Source: a virus
Lineage: Duplodnaviria; Caudoviricetes
Direction: 5' to 3' (one strand)
Length of the DNA stretch: 64,000 bases
Virus record (IMG/VR): IMGVR_UViG_3300032038_006680
Coordinates: 1-64,000 of that record
Shown here: positions 18,503 through 28,948 of the stretch, piece after piece
Layout: every line of letters begins with the position of its first letter
Numbering within the stretch: position 1 is the first letter of the stretch
Made by a program: the position numbers and the translations under genes
Notes under the pieces: generated by a model
What the model saw: only the letters and a program-made list of their open reading frames with translations
What the model was told of the DNA's origin: nothing
Database searches by the model: none

Positions 18503-18890
18503 TTTGCGGATAGATGACCTTATAGGAGTCAGGTTCACGAGCCATGGGCGGTCTGTTGTTGAGGGCTTTGATTGTTACGGGCTTGCGATTGAAGTGTCGA
18601 AAAGGCTCGGACATAAGCTTCCTGACCTATGGTACGAGAAAGCCTGTCCCGCGACCTTCTCAGAGAACGCGGAGATAATGCTGTTCGGTCTCGGAGACCT
18701 TTTGGAAGAGACGAAAGAGAGGGAACTGGGAAACCTTATCGTGTTCTCGGACGGAAACGGGAATATGGTCCATATAGGGGTAATGCTTGACGAGGATGAT
18801 TTCATTCATGCCGATACGGGCGGAGTGAGGGTCACTGGGCTTGACGGATATTACAGAAAAAGCTGGAAGGTGTATAAATGGCGACAGTAA
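18489..18890 (+). CDS. NlpC/P60 tail tip protein (gpK-like)
   Basis: GVRFTSHGR...GFDCYGL and HIGV..FIH catalytic Cys/His motifs. Confidence 0.85.
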   Translation: MRMADLRIDDLIGVRFTSHGRSVVEGFDCYGLAIEVSKRLGHKLPDLWYEKACPATFSENAEIMLFGLGDLLEETKERELGNLIVFSDGNGNMVHIGVMLDEDDFIHADTGGVRVTGLDGYYRKSWKVYKWRQ

Positions 18891-21800
18891 GGATTCTTAA
18901 CAACATTCTTGAGGATAAAGTTGACACATTCACTGTGGAGAAAGGCATTACCATTGAGACCCTTATCAGGGAGCATACTGACGGGAACGCCTATGACGGA
19001 CAGCTGGTGGAATGTTATGACCTTGATACGGGAGAGACATATTTTGCCCCTATCGAAGACGATACCGCGACAACGAATGCGATTGTCCAGGTAAACGGAA
19101 AGGACACATCTCTTGATTATGTAATAAAAGAAAATGACATTGTTTCTGTAATCATAACACCAGCAGGCGGCGGCGGAGGATGGAATTGGACAACGGCATT
19201 GCTTGGAGGAATTGAAGGTGCTCTAACAGGAGCTTTAATTGGTTTTCAAGTAGGCGGCCCTATAGGTGCAGTTATAGGTGGGGTAATAGGTTTTGTTGTT
19301 GGTTTTGCTGTTTTTGGAAGTTTAGGGGGGATGGATTTAAATACTGACGACCAGACTTCTTCATCTGGTTTAAATTCAGAGCAGCTTCCCGATGTCCGCG
19401 GCTCACAGAATCAGCCTCTTACAGATCAGCCCTACCCTATGGTTCTCGGAAAACATCTCGTCACGCCTTTTATAATCGGAAGCCCGTGGAATGAGATTTC
19501 TGGCAATCACGGTGAGGATAACTGTATTCATATCCTATATGCCGTTGGTTACGCTCCGCTTCGTCTTACGGAATTCAAGCTCGGAGAGATGGACTTGGCT
19601 CACAATCAGCCTTGGAGCGGCAATAAAAATCTTAAAAACATTTTTCATGGCGAGCTAAGCGGAATTGACAGTCAGACTGGCTCAGGAAGTGACACGGGCG
19701 ATATTGTAAGCACATGGAAAAACAATGACATCTCCATAGAGATTCTTCAGCAGGGACAGAACAGACAGGCGGTTGATTGCGGAAATATCTACCCATACGC
19801 GAAAATCCAGGAAGACATAAAGGCTAATGTCCTTTACATTGCCGACGGTTCGATTGAGGAAATTGACAGTGCGAACAATATTTCTTATAAAGGGCTGGGA
19901 CTTGCCAACGGTCTCAGAAATAATCCGATAAGATTCTCCGAACAGTATGCAGACTCAGTAAAGGTTGAGCTTGATTTCCAGAACGGACTTTATAAGACGA
20001 GAAGCGAAACAAGCGGAAGCAATTCTTCTGTCAAATACTACCAGATTCCTATGTGGATTGCGGTTCAGTGGCGGGTGTATTCTGATGACAATGTAAAGAC
20101 AGACGGAGATGAGCACGGAACGGGAGTTCCGCTTCCTGAATTTGATTATGATAAGGGCGTATACAAGAAAGTCACCGTAAAGAATAAGGACGGGAATGAT
20201 GTTACGGGAGATTTCCGAGGCTGGCACTCGTTTGAAAAGATAAATAATATCGTTGTTGCCGAGGAATTTACAGAAGAGAAACGCTATAATGATATTGCCG
20301 CTCATTCAGGAAATCATTTAAGAAACAATAAGATAGCGACATCCTCACATGAGGAAGAATATTGGGTAGATGATGGAATTGTTTGCGGGGAGCAAACCGG
20401 TCATTATGAAAAAGAACTTGTAATTGACAGCTGGGGGTATTCGGCTGACATAAACAATAATTGGTTAGGGGCAGATGTCTTTAATTTGCAGTCGCTTGGC
20501 GGAACGAATTCCAATCAGGACGGCATAAACGAATTCCGCTGCGTTACAGATGTTAACCTCGTTCAGTGGGCGAATGATAATCTGCTCACAGAGGAAGAGA
20601 AGTCGAGCCCGAATAAAGATGAGATACTGTCAAAAAAATTCAGGGCATACTTCTATGACGGATTCAACACGGCAAAGTCTATTGAGGTTCGTGTAGTAAG
20701 GGTTTCTCCTTGCTATATAGATGAGACGGTCTCAAACAAGGACCATTCGGCGTTTAAGTTCAATGATATTTTTACATGGACTACCCTCACATCGACAAAA
20801 CTGGACGGCGACAAGCTTGTATACGAAAATACCATAGAGAGGCTGAGACCGATTTCAGAAGACCGAATGAGGAAACTTTGCGTCATCGCGCTCAAGGCAA
20901 AGACTGACAATGTGGACCAACTTTCAAATACGCTCAAGAAATTCTCATGTATCGCACAGTCGTTCGCACCTTACTATAACGATGAGGAAAAGAAATGGCT
21001 GCCTGAAAAAGTCAGCACGACGACGAGATATTACAAGCCATCATACAAGGATGAGAGCGGTGTATGGTATCAAGGCGAAGAAATTACAAAACAGCAGTTT
21101 GAAGAGGACAGACAGAAAGGCATTAAATCCTTGCGTATGCCTGCGGGGAATGACTATGTTCCGCAGATTGTCGAGAATGTGATACGGACAGCGGAGCATA
21201 TTGACGACAGGGGAAGATATTATATCCCTGACCAGCTTGACGAGAACGGAGTCCATTACAGTCCTGACGGCACGCTTAAATACTGTAATAACAATGTCGC
21301 CTCTATGTTCCTCCTTGCGGGTATAGGACCTCATCTCGGAATCGACGCGCTGGGATATAACCAGAAATTCTATGACGAAAACGGAAATCTGATTGAGGAC
21401 GGCGCGGGAGACTTCAATATGGTTTCTCTTGCCAAGTGGTACAAGTGGGCCGAGGATGTCACTGATAAATCGACTTATTCTTCGGACGGATCGCACTACG
21501 ACCATGACGGAAGAAGCGTATTGCACGGCAAGGGTGAATTGGTTCACATGTATTTTGCGGCAAACGCATATATCTATCAGGAGATAATGCTTGAGCAAAT
21601 GCTCGCAAAGATTGCCGTCGCAGGCCGAGCCGTATATACGAGAGACAGCAAGAACAGGCTTACGGTCGTTATAGATAAAGAAGAGAAATACCCTGTAGCC
21701 CTTATAAATCAGCAGAACACGCTCAAATCGACTTATACGATTTCTTTTGCCGACAATCCTTCGGGTATGCAGATTACCTTCCCTGATGAGAACGACGGTT

Positions 21801-24800
21801 ACATTCAGAATCAGATTTACTGTATGGCTGACGGAGAAAGCGCGGACAAGCCGCGGGCGGCGATTGAGCAGTATAAATTTGACTATGTGACGAACAATGT
21901 ACAGCAGTGGTCTCTCGGACGGTACATGCTCGCGAACAGATTACTGAACAAAGAGGTGGTGACTAAGCAAATCGGAGTCGAGGGAGCGTCTATCGGGCTT
22001 GGAAACCTCATACTTTTACAGGACGACACCATGCTTATCGGCACGGATAACGGAGGTCGGATTACCAGACTTATTGAGAATGATACTTCGATATTTGGCT
22101 TCGTCATTGACAACGCTTATCATTACACGGGAGAGGAAGAGGCAGTAAAGGATGATGAGGGAAACGCCATTCTTGATGAGAACGGAGAACCCGTCACGAG
22201 ATGCAGGCAAGGCGTAATCGTAATGCAGCCCGTTGAGTATCAGGCTTCAAGGGTTATCACCCTCAGACTTGCGAAAAAAAACACGAAATTCATCGTTAAC
22301 GGAGAAACTTGGCAGGCCGTAAAAGGAAACACGAATACTGTCTTGTTTGACACTCCTATTGCCAAAGATAAGAATTCAAGCGACGGAACGGATTATTATG
22401 TATACAAGCCGCAAGCCGGAAATATCGTCGGTTTCGGTATTATCGGTCAGATGACGGCCACCTATCGTGTAATCAAGATTAAGCCTGACGCAAAAAGAAC
22501 ATTTGAGCTCACGCTGATGAAATATCAGGAAGACTTGTACAGTTATGGTGCTGAGCTTCCCTCATTCCAAAACAACATGACCGTGCCTGATAGAAGCGAT
22601 GAGGACGCTTTCGCGCTGTCAAACAATGTCACCGTGGCGGATTTGGTGCGAGCCCTTGCGGAGTCTGCGGAACTGGCACAGGGAAAAATTGACGACACAT
22701 TCGGATATGCGCCTCCGTCCCCCAATAACCTTACGGCAGATGTCGAGCGGGATTGCATACAGTTCACTTGTACTGTCGATTCTGATAAGGTCAACAATAT
22801 CGACCATATCACTTATGAGATAACGAAAGCTGACGGCACGATAACCACGATAGACGGCTCTTATTCTACGGAATATTTCTTTGACAGGGCTATGGACGGA
22901 TACCCGGAGAAAGATGACCTTGCGCTGTGGCAGTTCAGGGCAAAAGCGGTAAGTATTTATCTTGACGCGGAAGGAAACAGGTATGAGAGCGAATGGTCTG
23001 ATTATATAGGTCTTTCGGCGGCATCACTCCGTAAATATGGGACATGGATTCCGCCAAAACCGACTAATCTCAGTTTTATAGCCGATGAGAACGGGATAAC
23101 GGCTGCATGGAGCTGTGACCTTACGAATGTTTATGGCTCGGTACAGTTTGAGGTTAAAACATATTATGACGGAATAGCAAGGGTTACGCCATCAGGGCAG
23201 CAAGTTGTCCTTGTAAAAACAGCCACATACCAATTCTCAAGAGCCACTGACGGATTCCCGGAAAAACCAGGTACGGCTGGTATGAAAATCGGAACCCTTA
23301 CCCTGGATAAATATTCTGTCGTTGTCAACGCTGTTAATATAACGAGCGGAAGCCAATCTGAGAGTGACGAAGAGTTTTGTGATTACTCCAAATACAGAAC
23401 CTGGATTCCCGCTGCCCCAAGCATTTCGTCAAGGGTAAGCAACAGGAACATAACGCTTTATTTCTCTCAGTCAGCAAACTGTTACGGAGTCATACAGTAT
23501 CTTGTCGGTGTCAGGCGATATGACGACCCCTCTGATATATTTTATGTTCCCGACCTTGAATCAAATCCTTATGCGAGGGAGTCCGCTTATAAATTACAGG
23601 TAGACGGAGTTTTTGTAATCGGAAAGGCTGAGAGTGAAAGTCAGTTTACGCAGACGATGCCGCTTGAGACTCAGAACGGTATACAGGGTATGCTTGATGT
23701 AGACGAATCCGAAGATGACAACAGGATTTTTGCGGCAAATCTTGATCCGTCTATAAAGGGCTGGTACGACGGAGCTAATTTTTATGAGGATGAAGAGCAT
23801 ACCGTAAGGATTATCCCCTCAGATTCCCGTATGTATTTTGATAACGCAGAGAAAAAATATTACAAATGGAATGGCTCTGATTATATACTTAAAGAAAATT
23901 ATGGTTCTTTGCTTATACTCGGACTCGGAGGCTATGCCCCTATAGACACGCAGTATCAGTTCGAGGCATATTCTTACAACAAGACCGTAGAAGATTTCTA
24001 TGACTCATTACTTGATACAAACCACAATTATGACAAGGACACTTACCATAAGGTAAGCGTTGAGGGAACACGAAGGCAATCGACGGCCCTTGCCACAAGC
24101 GTTCAGGATGTCCTTAACGGCTCTATCGTGTCCGATAAGGTCGGTGTCGGAGCAATTACGGAGACTAAGATTGAGGATGACGCGATTTCTTCCCCGAAGA
24201 TTCAGGCAAACGCCGTCATCGCAAGAAACATATATGCGTACAATCTCCTTACGCTCACTGAGGGGGCCCATTCGATTTCAGGCTATGCCTATAACGCCGA
24301 CACGGATGAAGAGGTCGGGAAAATCCTTGATAAGATAAAGTCAGGAATTGAGAAGTCCAGCCAGCAGCCTCTCATAAACAGGCTTGATGAGATTACGAAG
24401 GAAAAGTCTAATAACTATTGGATCGGACTCGATACAGACAGCCCTGAGTTCTATATGGGAAATATGAAGGTAGCTGATAAATGGAGAGACGACGCGAATT
24501 ACTTTCATTATTACAAAGAAAACGGCGAGACGAACCTTGACATCAAACTCTCAAACTTCATCGTTACGGCCGTCACCTCCACAATCAAAGGCTTCTTCAA
24601 TGTAAGGAACAAAAAAGGAGCCATAAAATACACTGGCGCGAACTCTTTCTTGCAGGTGAACCCGGAGAGCGAAAATTTCGAGGAAGATACCGTAAAGGGA
24701 TATTATGACTCCTCTTCTGACAGCTTCTATGAGGACTCGGCTTTTACCAAGGAGATTGAGCCTGACGGCACGGTAGTGTTCATAGATAAAGCCACAGACA

Positions 24801-25513
24801 AGGCGTACCGATACAACACAAACTCCGAACAGTACATCGAGATTCAGGGCTATAAGGGCGTTACGAATCCTGAGACTATGGTGCTGAGGGGCGACCTTCT
24901 CATTGACAGAAAAAACTCTGACGGAACAAACGGAACCCTTACGGTAAGGGGATTGTCAAAACTTTCTGGCGGGCTTCGGGTCGGGGAAGAGGGCGCGCTT
25001 GCGGAATCTCATTTCTACGGAAAACTTACGGCTCACGAGGGCTTGCAGGTCGGAAGCGCGGACTCGCCGAAGACAGCCACCGTTTACGGCTCGCTCACAG
25101 TCTCCAAAGACCAGAACGGCAACAACGGGCACTTGATAGTAGAAGCTACCTCTACCCTTTTCGGAACTCTCACGGTGGGAACGAGTGACAAGAACAGCAA
25201 CACCACCCTGAACGGCAAGCTCGCCGTCTCATCCATTGCCACCCTCAATGACGAACTGAAAGTCCCGAACAAGCTGACTACCCTGCACTCACTTGAAGTG
25301 ACGAACGGAACGACGCTCAAAGGCACCCTCTCGGTCACGGGACTTGCCACGATGAGCGGCGGAATAGAGACGAACACGATTTCGGCAATTAACGAGCAAG
25401 TTCTGACAATAGATTCCGCATGTGTAATTAAAGGAACATTAACTTCAACGGAGTTAAAAATTCCTTTAGAGCGTCCAAAAAATCCACAGCCAGGTCATAT
25501 TTGGATGGAGTAG
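18878..25513 (+). CDS. Tail tip / central fibre (gpI+gpJ-like host specificity protein)
   Basis: 2211 aa; ubiquitin-like N-terminus, Gly-rich hydrophobic segment, QPYPMVLGKH, Fn3-like P..P.NL segments, C-terminal LTVxG repeats. Confidence 0.8.
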   Translation: MATVRILNNILEDKVDTFTVEKGITIETLIREHTDGNAYDGQLVECYDLDTGETYFAPIEDDTATTNAIVQVNGKDTSLDYVIKENDIVSVIITPAGGGGGWNWTTALLGGIEGALTGALIGFQVGGPIGAVIGGVIGFVVGFAVFGSLGGMDLNTDDQTSSSGLNSEQLPDVRGSQNQPLTDQPYPMVLGKHLVTPFIIGSPWNEISGNHGEDNCIHILYAVGYAPLRLTEFKLGEMDLAHNQPWSGNKNLKNIFHGELSGIDSQTGSGSDTGDIVSTWKNNDISIEILQQGQNRQAVDCGNIYPYAKIQEDIKANVLYIADGSIEEIDSANNISYKGLGLANGLRNNPIRFSEQYADSVKVELDFQNGLYKTRSETSGSNSSVKYYQIPMWIAVQWRVYSDDNVKTDGDEHGTGVPLPEFDYDKGVYKKVTVKNKDGNDVTGDFRGWHSFEKINNIVVAEEFTEEKRYNDIAAHSGNHLRNNKIATSSHEEEYWVDDGIVCGEQTGHYEKELVIDSWGYSADINNNWLGADVFNLQSLGGTNSNQDGINEFRCVTDVNLVQWANDNLLTEEEKSSPNKDEILSKKFRAYFYDGFNTAKSIEVRVVRVSPCYIDETVSNKDHSAFKFNDIFTWTTLTSTKLDGDKLVYENTIERLRPISEDRMRKLCVIALKAKTDNVDQLSNTLKKFSCIAQSFAPYYNDEEKKWLPEKVSTTTRYYKPSYKDESGVWYQGEEITKQQFEEDRQKGIKSLRMPAGNDYVPQIVENVIRTAEHIDDRGRYYIPDQLDENGVHYSPDGTLKYCNNNVASMFLLAGIGPHLGIDALGYNQKFYDENGNLIEDGAGDFNMVSLAKWYKWAEDVTDKSTYSSDGSHYDHDGRSVLHGKGELVHMYFAANAYIYQEIMLEQMLAKIAVAGRAVYTRDSKNRLTVVIDKEEKYPVALINQQNTLKSTYTISFADNPSGMQITFPDENDGYIQNQIYCMADGESADKPRAAIEQYKFDYVTNNVQQWSLGRYMLANRLLNKEVVTKQIGVEGASIGLGNLILLQDDTMLIGTDNGGRITRLIENDTSIFGFVIDNAYHYTGEEEAVKDDEGNAILDENGEPVTRCRQGVIVMQPVEYQASRVITLRLAKKNTKFIVNGETWQAVKGNTNTVLFDTPIAKDKNSSDGTDYYVYKPQAGNIVGFGIIGQMTATYRVIKIKPDAKRTFELTLMKYQEDLYSYGAELPSFQNNMTVPDRSDEDAFALSNNVTVADLVRALAESAELAQGKIDDTFGYAPPSPNNLTADVERDCIQFTCTVDSDKVNNIDHITYEITKADGTITTIDGSYSTEYFFDRAMDGYPEKDDLALWQFRAKAVSIYLDAEGNRYESEWSDYIGLSAASLRKYGTWIPPKPTNLSFIADENGITAAWSCDLTNVYGSVQFEVKTYYDGIARVTPSGQQVVLVKTATYQFSRATDGFPEKPGTAGMKIGTLTLDKYSVVVNAVNITSGSQSESDEEFCDYSKYRTWIPAAPSISSRVSNRNITLYFSQSANCYGVIQYLVGVRRYDDPSDIFYVPDLESNPYARESAYKLQVDGVFVIGKAESESQFTQTMPLETQNGIQGMLDVDESEDDNRIFAANLDPSIKGWYDGANFYEDEEHTVRIIPSDSRMYFDNAEKKYYKWNGSDYILKENYGSLLILGLGGYAPIDTQYQFEAYSYNKTVEDFYDSLLDTNHNYDKDTYHKVSVEGTRRQSTALATSVQDVLNGSIVSDKVGVGAITETKIEDDAISSPKIQANAVIARNIYAYNLLTLTEGAHSISGYAYNADTDEEVGKILDKIKSGIEKSSQQPLINRLDEITKEKSNNYWIGLDTDSPEFYMGNMKVADKWRDDANYFHYYKENGETNLDIKLSNFIVTAVTSTIKGFFNVRNKKGAIKYTGANSFLQVNPESENFEEDTVKGYYDSSSDSFYEDSAFTKEIEPDGTVVFIDKATDKAYRYNTNSEQYIEIQGYKGVTNPETMVLRGDLLIDRKNSDGTNGTLTVRGLSKLSGGLRVGEEGALAESHFYGKLTAHEGLQVGSADSPKTATVYGSLTVSKDQNGNNGHLIVEATSTLFGTLTVGTSDKNSNTTLNGKLAVSSIATLNDELKVPNKLTTLHSLEVTNGTTLKGTLSVTGLATMSGGIETNTISAINEQVLTIDSACVIKGTLTSTELKIPLERPKNPQPGHIWME

Positions 25514-25517
25514 AATC

Positions 25518-26939
25518 ATGGATATAGAAACTTTAAATACTAATATCAATTCAGCAGATTTGGATGATGTTATATATGCTTTTGGAAACGGAATGTTATT
25601 GGTTTTTCGTTATCCTAATAAATATAACTCAGACTACTTAGAGATGTGTAAAAGTACAGATCTTGGACAGACATGGGAATATATTTATATTAGTAAGGAT
25701 TGGCATTATTCTTTTGTTGGATTTATTGATGACAATTCTGCTATTTTACATTTTAATTATGTACATGGTTCTGGCCATGAGTCTTTAAGAAAAATATCGT
25801 CTGATGGCAGCTTATATGAAATAAGTGGATGGCCGCAATATGGCGAGCCTTTGTTATATATTGATGGATATATTTTTGTAAAAAGAACAGGAAGATCTTT
25901 TGATTTGTATAAATATAACGATAAAACACTTAGCGTATCTTTTATTACAAAGATAGAGGATTATGAAAATCTAAGATCATGGTCTTTCCTTGGAACAGAA
26001 AAAAATGAAATTACAGGACAAAAGTTTGTTTATTTTGTAAAACAAGGATATGGCGAACAATCTTACATATATCAAATAGGGATTCCTGATAATAATAACG
26101 ATTATATTATTTATAAGCGGCGTATAATGGTTTATGATGGCACCTTTGAGTTTCCTTGTTTCTTTGTAAAAAAAGAGGACTATATTTATTTTTTTTCAAA
26201 AAGCTATAGTTGGAGAATACTAAGAGATTCCATGACAAATGAAGATTTGGAGTTTCTTGGAGGTTATGGGGGATGGTATGATTCTTCTGGTCATTTTCAT
26301 CCTTCAATTATTCAAATACAGGCTATTATATATATTCCTTTTGAGAATCATAGTGGTTTAAACTTTTATGCTATAGTAAATGGCGGTGGTTCCCTTTCTA
26401 CATTATGCGAATTAACAAATTTTGAAAGAAAGAAGAATATGACATATCGAACAATCGGGAAGGTTGAGGGTACTTATGATACATATTTTTTTGAACATTT
26501 AAATAATGGGCACTATATCGTATCCGGCTGGCAGCGCGAACGCACTTTTAAAGACTACAAAAGTCCTCGTATCCTTGCAGGAACGACAGAGACAGATTGT
26601 GAAAGTTTTTCATGTTTAAATACTTCCGGCTATCTTCCTAAAATAATTGCAAATTCAAACAAACTTTCGCAATTATTTTATGCCCTAACATCAAATATAA
26701 CAATACCTTCAAAAATGGTTTTTCTTAATAAAGGAAAAACCGCTTGTTATCCATTAGCATTTAATATAAATAATATATCATTTTTGGAGAATGTGAAAAA
26801 AGAATGGAAAGAAATCAGTAAAAATTTATTGTTTTTTTTTGATACAGAAGAAAGACTTCTTTTAACCTCTGATTATGGTGAGACAATTACTTATGATAAA
26901 AAACTTATTGTCTATAGCTCGAATCTTTATTATAAATAA
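25518..26939 (+). CDS. AT-rich beta-propeller-like protein with Asp-box (BNR) motifs, candidate receptor-binding protein
   Basis: KSTDLGQTW and TSDYGETI Asp-box motifs; Tyr/Phe/Ile-rich; follows the tail tip gene. Confidence 0.5.
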   Translation: MDIETLNTNINSADLDDVIYAFGNGMLLVFRYPNKYNSDYLEMCKSTDLGQTWEYIYISKDWHYSFVGFIDDNSAILHFNYVHGSGHESLRKISSDGSLYEISGWPQYGEPLLYIDGYIFVKRTGRSFDLYKYNDKTLSVSFITKIEDYENLRSWSFLGTEKNEITGQKFVYFVKQGYGEQSYIYQIGIPDNNNDYIIYKRRIMVYDGTFEFPCFFVKKEDYIYFFSKSYSWRILRDSMTNEDLEFLGGYGGWYDSSGHFHPSIIQIQAIIYIPFENHSGLNFYAIVNGGGSLSTLCELTNFERKKNMTYRTIGKVEGTYDTYFFEHLNNGHYIVSGWQRERTFKDYKSPRILAGTTETDCESFSCLNTSGYLPKIIANSNKLSQLFYALTSNITIPSKMVFLNKGKTACYPLAFNINNISFLENVKKEWKEISKNLLFFFDTEERLLLTSDYGETITYDKKLIVYSSNLYYK

Positions 26940-26942
26940 TTT

Positions 26943-27131
26943 CTAATTTATAATAGAAAGTGCAAGCATGTCATCAAAGGGCATGTAATTAAAAATTTTC
27001 TCAGTCTTCAACACCAAGTCATTTATAGTCAATTCTTCATAGTTATCTCCGTAAAAGGAAGCTTCTTTTTCAGTGTCAAAAAACATAAATTTTAAATATA
27101 AATTATTTGAGTTGGAATAAATTTCAAACAA
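26943..27131 (-). CDS. Small hypothetical moron protein
   Basis: 62-aa ORF downstream of the lipoprotein, same orientation. Confidence 0.35.
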   Translation of the reverse strand: MFEIYSNSNNLYLKFMFFDTEKEASFYGDNYEELTINDLVLKTEKIFNYMPFDDMLALSIIN

Positions 27132-27190
27132 TGTAAAATAATATGAATTATAAACATTACCGATATATCTTTGTAAGCTTATATTAGTAT

Positions 27191-27598
27191 CTACATATCC
27201 TTTGTCAGAGAAAAAAAATATAAATCCTCTGACAAATCAAAAAGCCTCTGGTCATCATATTGTTGCCACACATATCCAATTAAATCATAATATTCTAAAT
27301 CCACGGCACACGAACAACAATCTCTTACACCGAATGAAATAAATTTACTATGCGAATCAAAGTATTTGAAATAATCTTCATCTGAAAGGTTATCTATGTG
27401 TTTAGCCACATGTGTTCTTAAATTCTCTCTATCATAATCTTCATAGCATAAAGTTTTAACGCCATTTATTGTTGTTAAATATACACCTTTATATTTAGGA
27501 CTATATTCACGAGTAAGTGAACTTTCATTACTAATATCAGTGCAGGCAGTAAAAACAAATGAGAGTATAACTAAAGGTAACAGAAAATACCGTTTCAT
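27191..27598 (-). CDS. Lipoprotein moron (candidate superinfection exclusion)
   Basis: MKRYFLLPLVILSFVFTAC signal peptide with lipobox; own promoter; antisense to late genes. Confidence 0.7.
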   Translation of the reverse strand: MKRYFLLPLVILSFVFTACTDISNESSLTREYSPKYKGVYLTTINGVKTLCYEDYDRENLRTHVAKHIDNLSDEDYFKYFDSHSKFISFGVRDCCSCAVDLEYYDLIGYVWQQYDDQRLFDLSEDLYFFSLTKDM

Positions 27599-27604
27599 AA
27601 CTGA

Positions 27605-27633
27605 ATTATACTACGCTTCCCGCCTTTTGTAAA
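27605..27633 (-). promoter_or_regulatory. Sigma70-type promoter TTTACA-N17-TATAAT, predicted leaderless
   Basis: ATG 27598 is the 7th base after the -10. Confidence 0.75.
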
Positions 27634-27638
27634 ACGAT

Positions 27639-27667
27639 TTAAGCCTTATTTTTCCTTGCCGTAAAAT
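27639..27667 (+). promoter_or_regulatory. Phage promoter family copy (TTAAGC-N17-TAAAAT)
   Basis: 17-nt spacer with T-tract; back-to-back with the lipoprotein promoter. Confidence 0.65.
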
Positions 27668-27699
27668 CACCTGTATCCGACGAAAACGGAAAGGGAAAT

Positions 27700-27933
27700 T
27701 TGATTTTGAAATCAGTTAAATAGATAAACGCATATTTCAGGTCAGCAAACAAGGCTGACATCAGCCGTCTGCTCTCGCTCATAATACTCTCCGAGCGTCA
27801 GGAGAAAATCTTCGACATGTATTACATAAAGAAAAAAGACCTCGGCTTTATCGCTGACAAGCTTTGCACAAGCTATTCCGTGGCGAAATCAGAGCTTAAT
27901 GCCATAAGAAAGAAGATAACTCCCTTTCTCTAG
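27700..27933 (+). pseudogene. Sigma-region-4-like HTH regulator with early in-frame TAG (27721-23)
   Basis: Frame reads MILKSVK*INAYFRSANKADISRLLSLIILSERQEKIFDMYYIKKKDLGFIADKLCTSYSVAKSELNAIRKKITPFL*; LSERQ..IF..YY....L..IA..L pattern; absent from the ORF track. Confidence 0.6.
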
Positions 27934-27967
27934 CCAAATTCAAGCTTTTTTCAAGCCAAATTCAAGC
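27932..27967 (+). repeat. 14-bp direct repeat AGCCAAATTCAAGC x2, 22-bp period (likely operator)
   Basis: Copies at 27932-45 and 27954-67, upstream of extended -10 TGCTACCCT (27987-95). Confidence 0.6.
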
Positions 27968-28018
27968 CATTTGATTATCAGCTTTATGCTACCCTATCTC
28001 TTGTAAGGAGATAAGGAA

Positions 28019-28522
28019 ATGCCACCATATCAGTACGGAAACCCGATGAATGACTTTTACATAAGGCAGGCCCAGCAGCTCGCGCAGAATCAGCCCCAGT
28101 TCCAGCAGGCTCCGCACCAGTATCAGCCGCCCTTGCAGTTTCCGCAACCCGCTCCGCAAGCACAGCCTCAGATTGTCGCGAGTATCGTCACGAACATTGA
28201 CGAGGCAAAGGCCACGAAGGTTGACCCGTATTCAAGGGAATTTAGGAAAGCACTCTTTATCGGGCAGCTGTACATGGCGGCAAAATGCCTCTGTGACGAT
28301 GATGATGTCGAGGAAGAGCTTGAAGGTGCGAAGAAGTATATGAATGAGTATCTTGATAACGGAGAGTCCGCATACAAGGAAATGGCTCGTGACGAACTGA
28401 AACACGCGGGAATCCTTATCAAGGAGCATTACAAGCACGCTGACGCTGACATGAAAGCCACGCTTGAGGAGCACGAGAACGAGCGGCAGGAACTTCTGAA
28501 GCGTCTTGAAAAGGAGGAGTAG
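28019..28522 (+). CDS. Gln/Pro-rich N-terminus joined to a ferritin-like four-helix domain
   Basis: QP-rich 1-50; VEEELEGAKKY...EMARDELKHA (ExxH) ferritin-like motif. Confidence 0.6.
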   Translation: MPPYQYGNPMNDFYIRQAQQLAQNQPQFQQAPHQYQPPLQFPQPAPQAQPQIVASIVTNIDEAKATKVDPYSREFRKALFIGQLYMAAKCLCDDDDVEEELEGAKKYMNEYLDNGESAYKEMARDELKHAGILIKEHYKHADADMKATLEEHENERQELLKRLEKEE

Positions 28523-28525
28523 CTT

Positions 28526-28903
28526 ATGACCGTGACAAAGAAACAGATTGTAAACGGCCTCGTCAAGTTCATTGAGGAAGACCTTATGGCAGATATCGGC
28601 GACAGGAACACCAAGTTCGTGCTCGCAATGGCAAAAGACAGCCTTAAGGAAAACCCCGCTTTCGTTGACATCTTCCTTCAGAGTCCGATGGTCTCATCGC
28701 TCGTCGTGGAGCAGGACGGAGAATATGACCTCACGCACTTTTCTTCTATATTAAAGAGCGTGTTGTCAGAGTATCAGTCATTCCCTGTGACTATTCCGAA
28801 GATACCGCTCTTCTCGCCGACTGAGAAAACGGTAAAGGTGACGGGAGAGGACATCGACAAATTGATGAAGTATATGATACCGACAGAAGTAACGGCTATG
28901 TGA
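28526..28903 (+). CDS. Hypothetical protein of the same cassette
   Basis: GGAG RBS; co-oriented. Confidence 0.6.
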   Translation: MTVTKKQIVNGLVKFIEEDLMADIGDRNTKFVLAMAKDSLKENPAFVDIFLQSPMVSSLVVEQDGEYDLTHFSSILKSVLSEYQSFPVTIPKIPLFSPTEKTVKVTGEDIDKLMKYMIPTEVTAM

Positions 28904-28945
28904 AAAAAAGGCGGTTTCTGTTTTTCAGATTCCGCCGATTTTTTT
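28903..28945. terminator. Bidirectional terminator between convergent operons
   Basis: A-run, GGCGG..CTG / CAG..CCGCC stem, T-run. Confidence 0.7.
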
Positions 28946-28948
28946 AGA

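Noticed and set aside
4197-25377. Numerous 60-160 aa antisense or alternate-frame ORFs over structural genes (for example 4197-4679, 6797-7132, 21041-21598)
   Set aside because: Fully overlap well-supported genes, lack RBS or motifs, and are expected shadows of GC-richer coding sequence
27112-27121. Possible self-target of the TnpB guide (TTTAT + TCCAA)
   Set aside because: Only 5 guide bases match after the TAM; the 9-nt match at 56353-61 has no TAM
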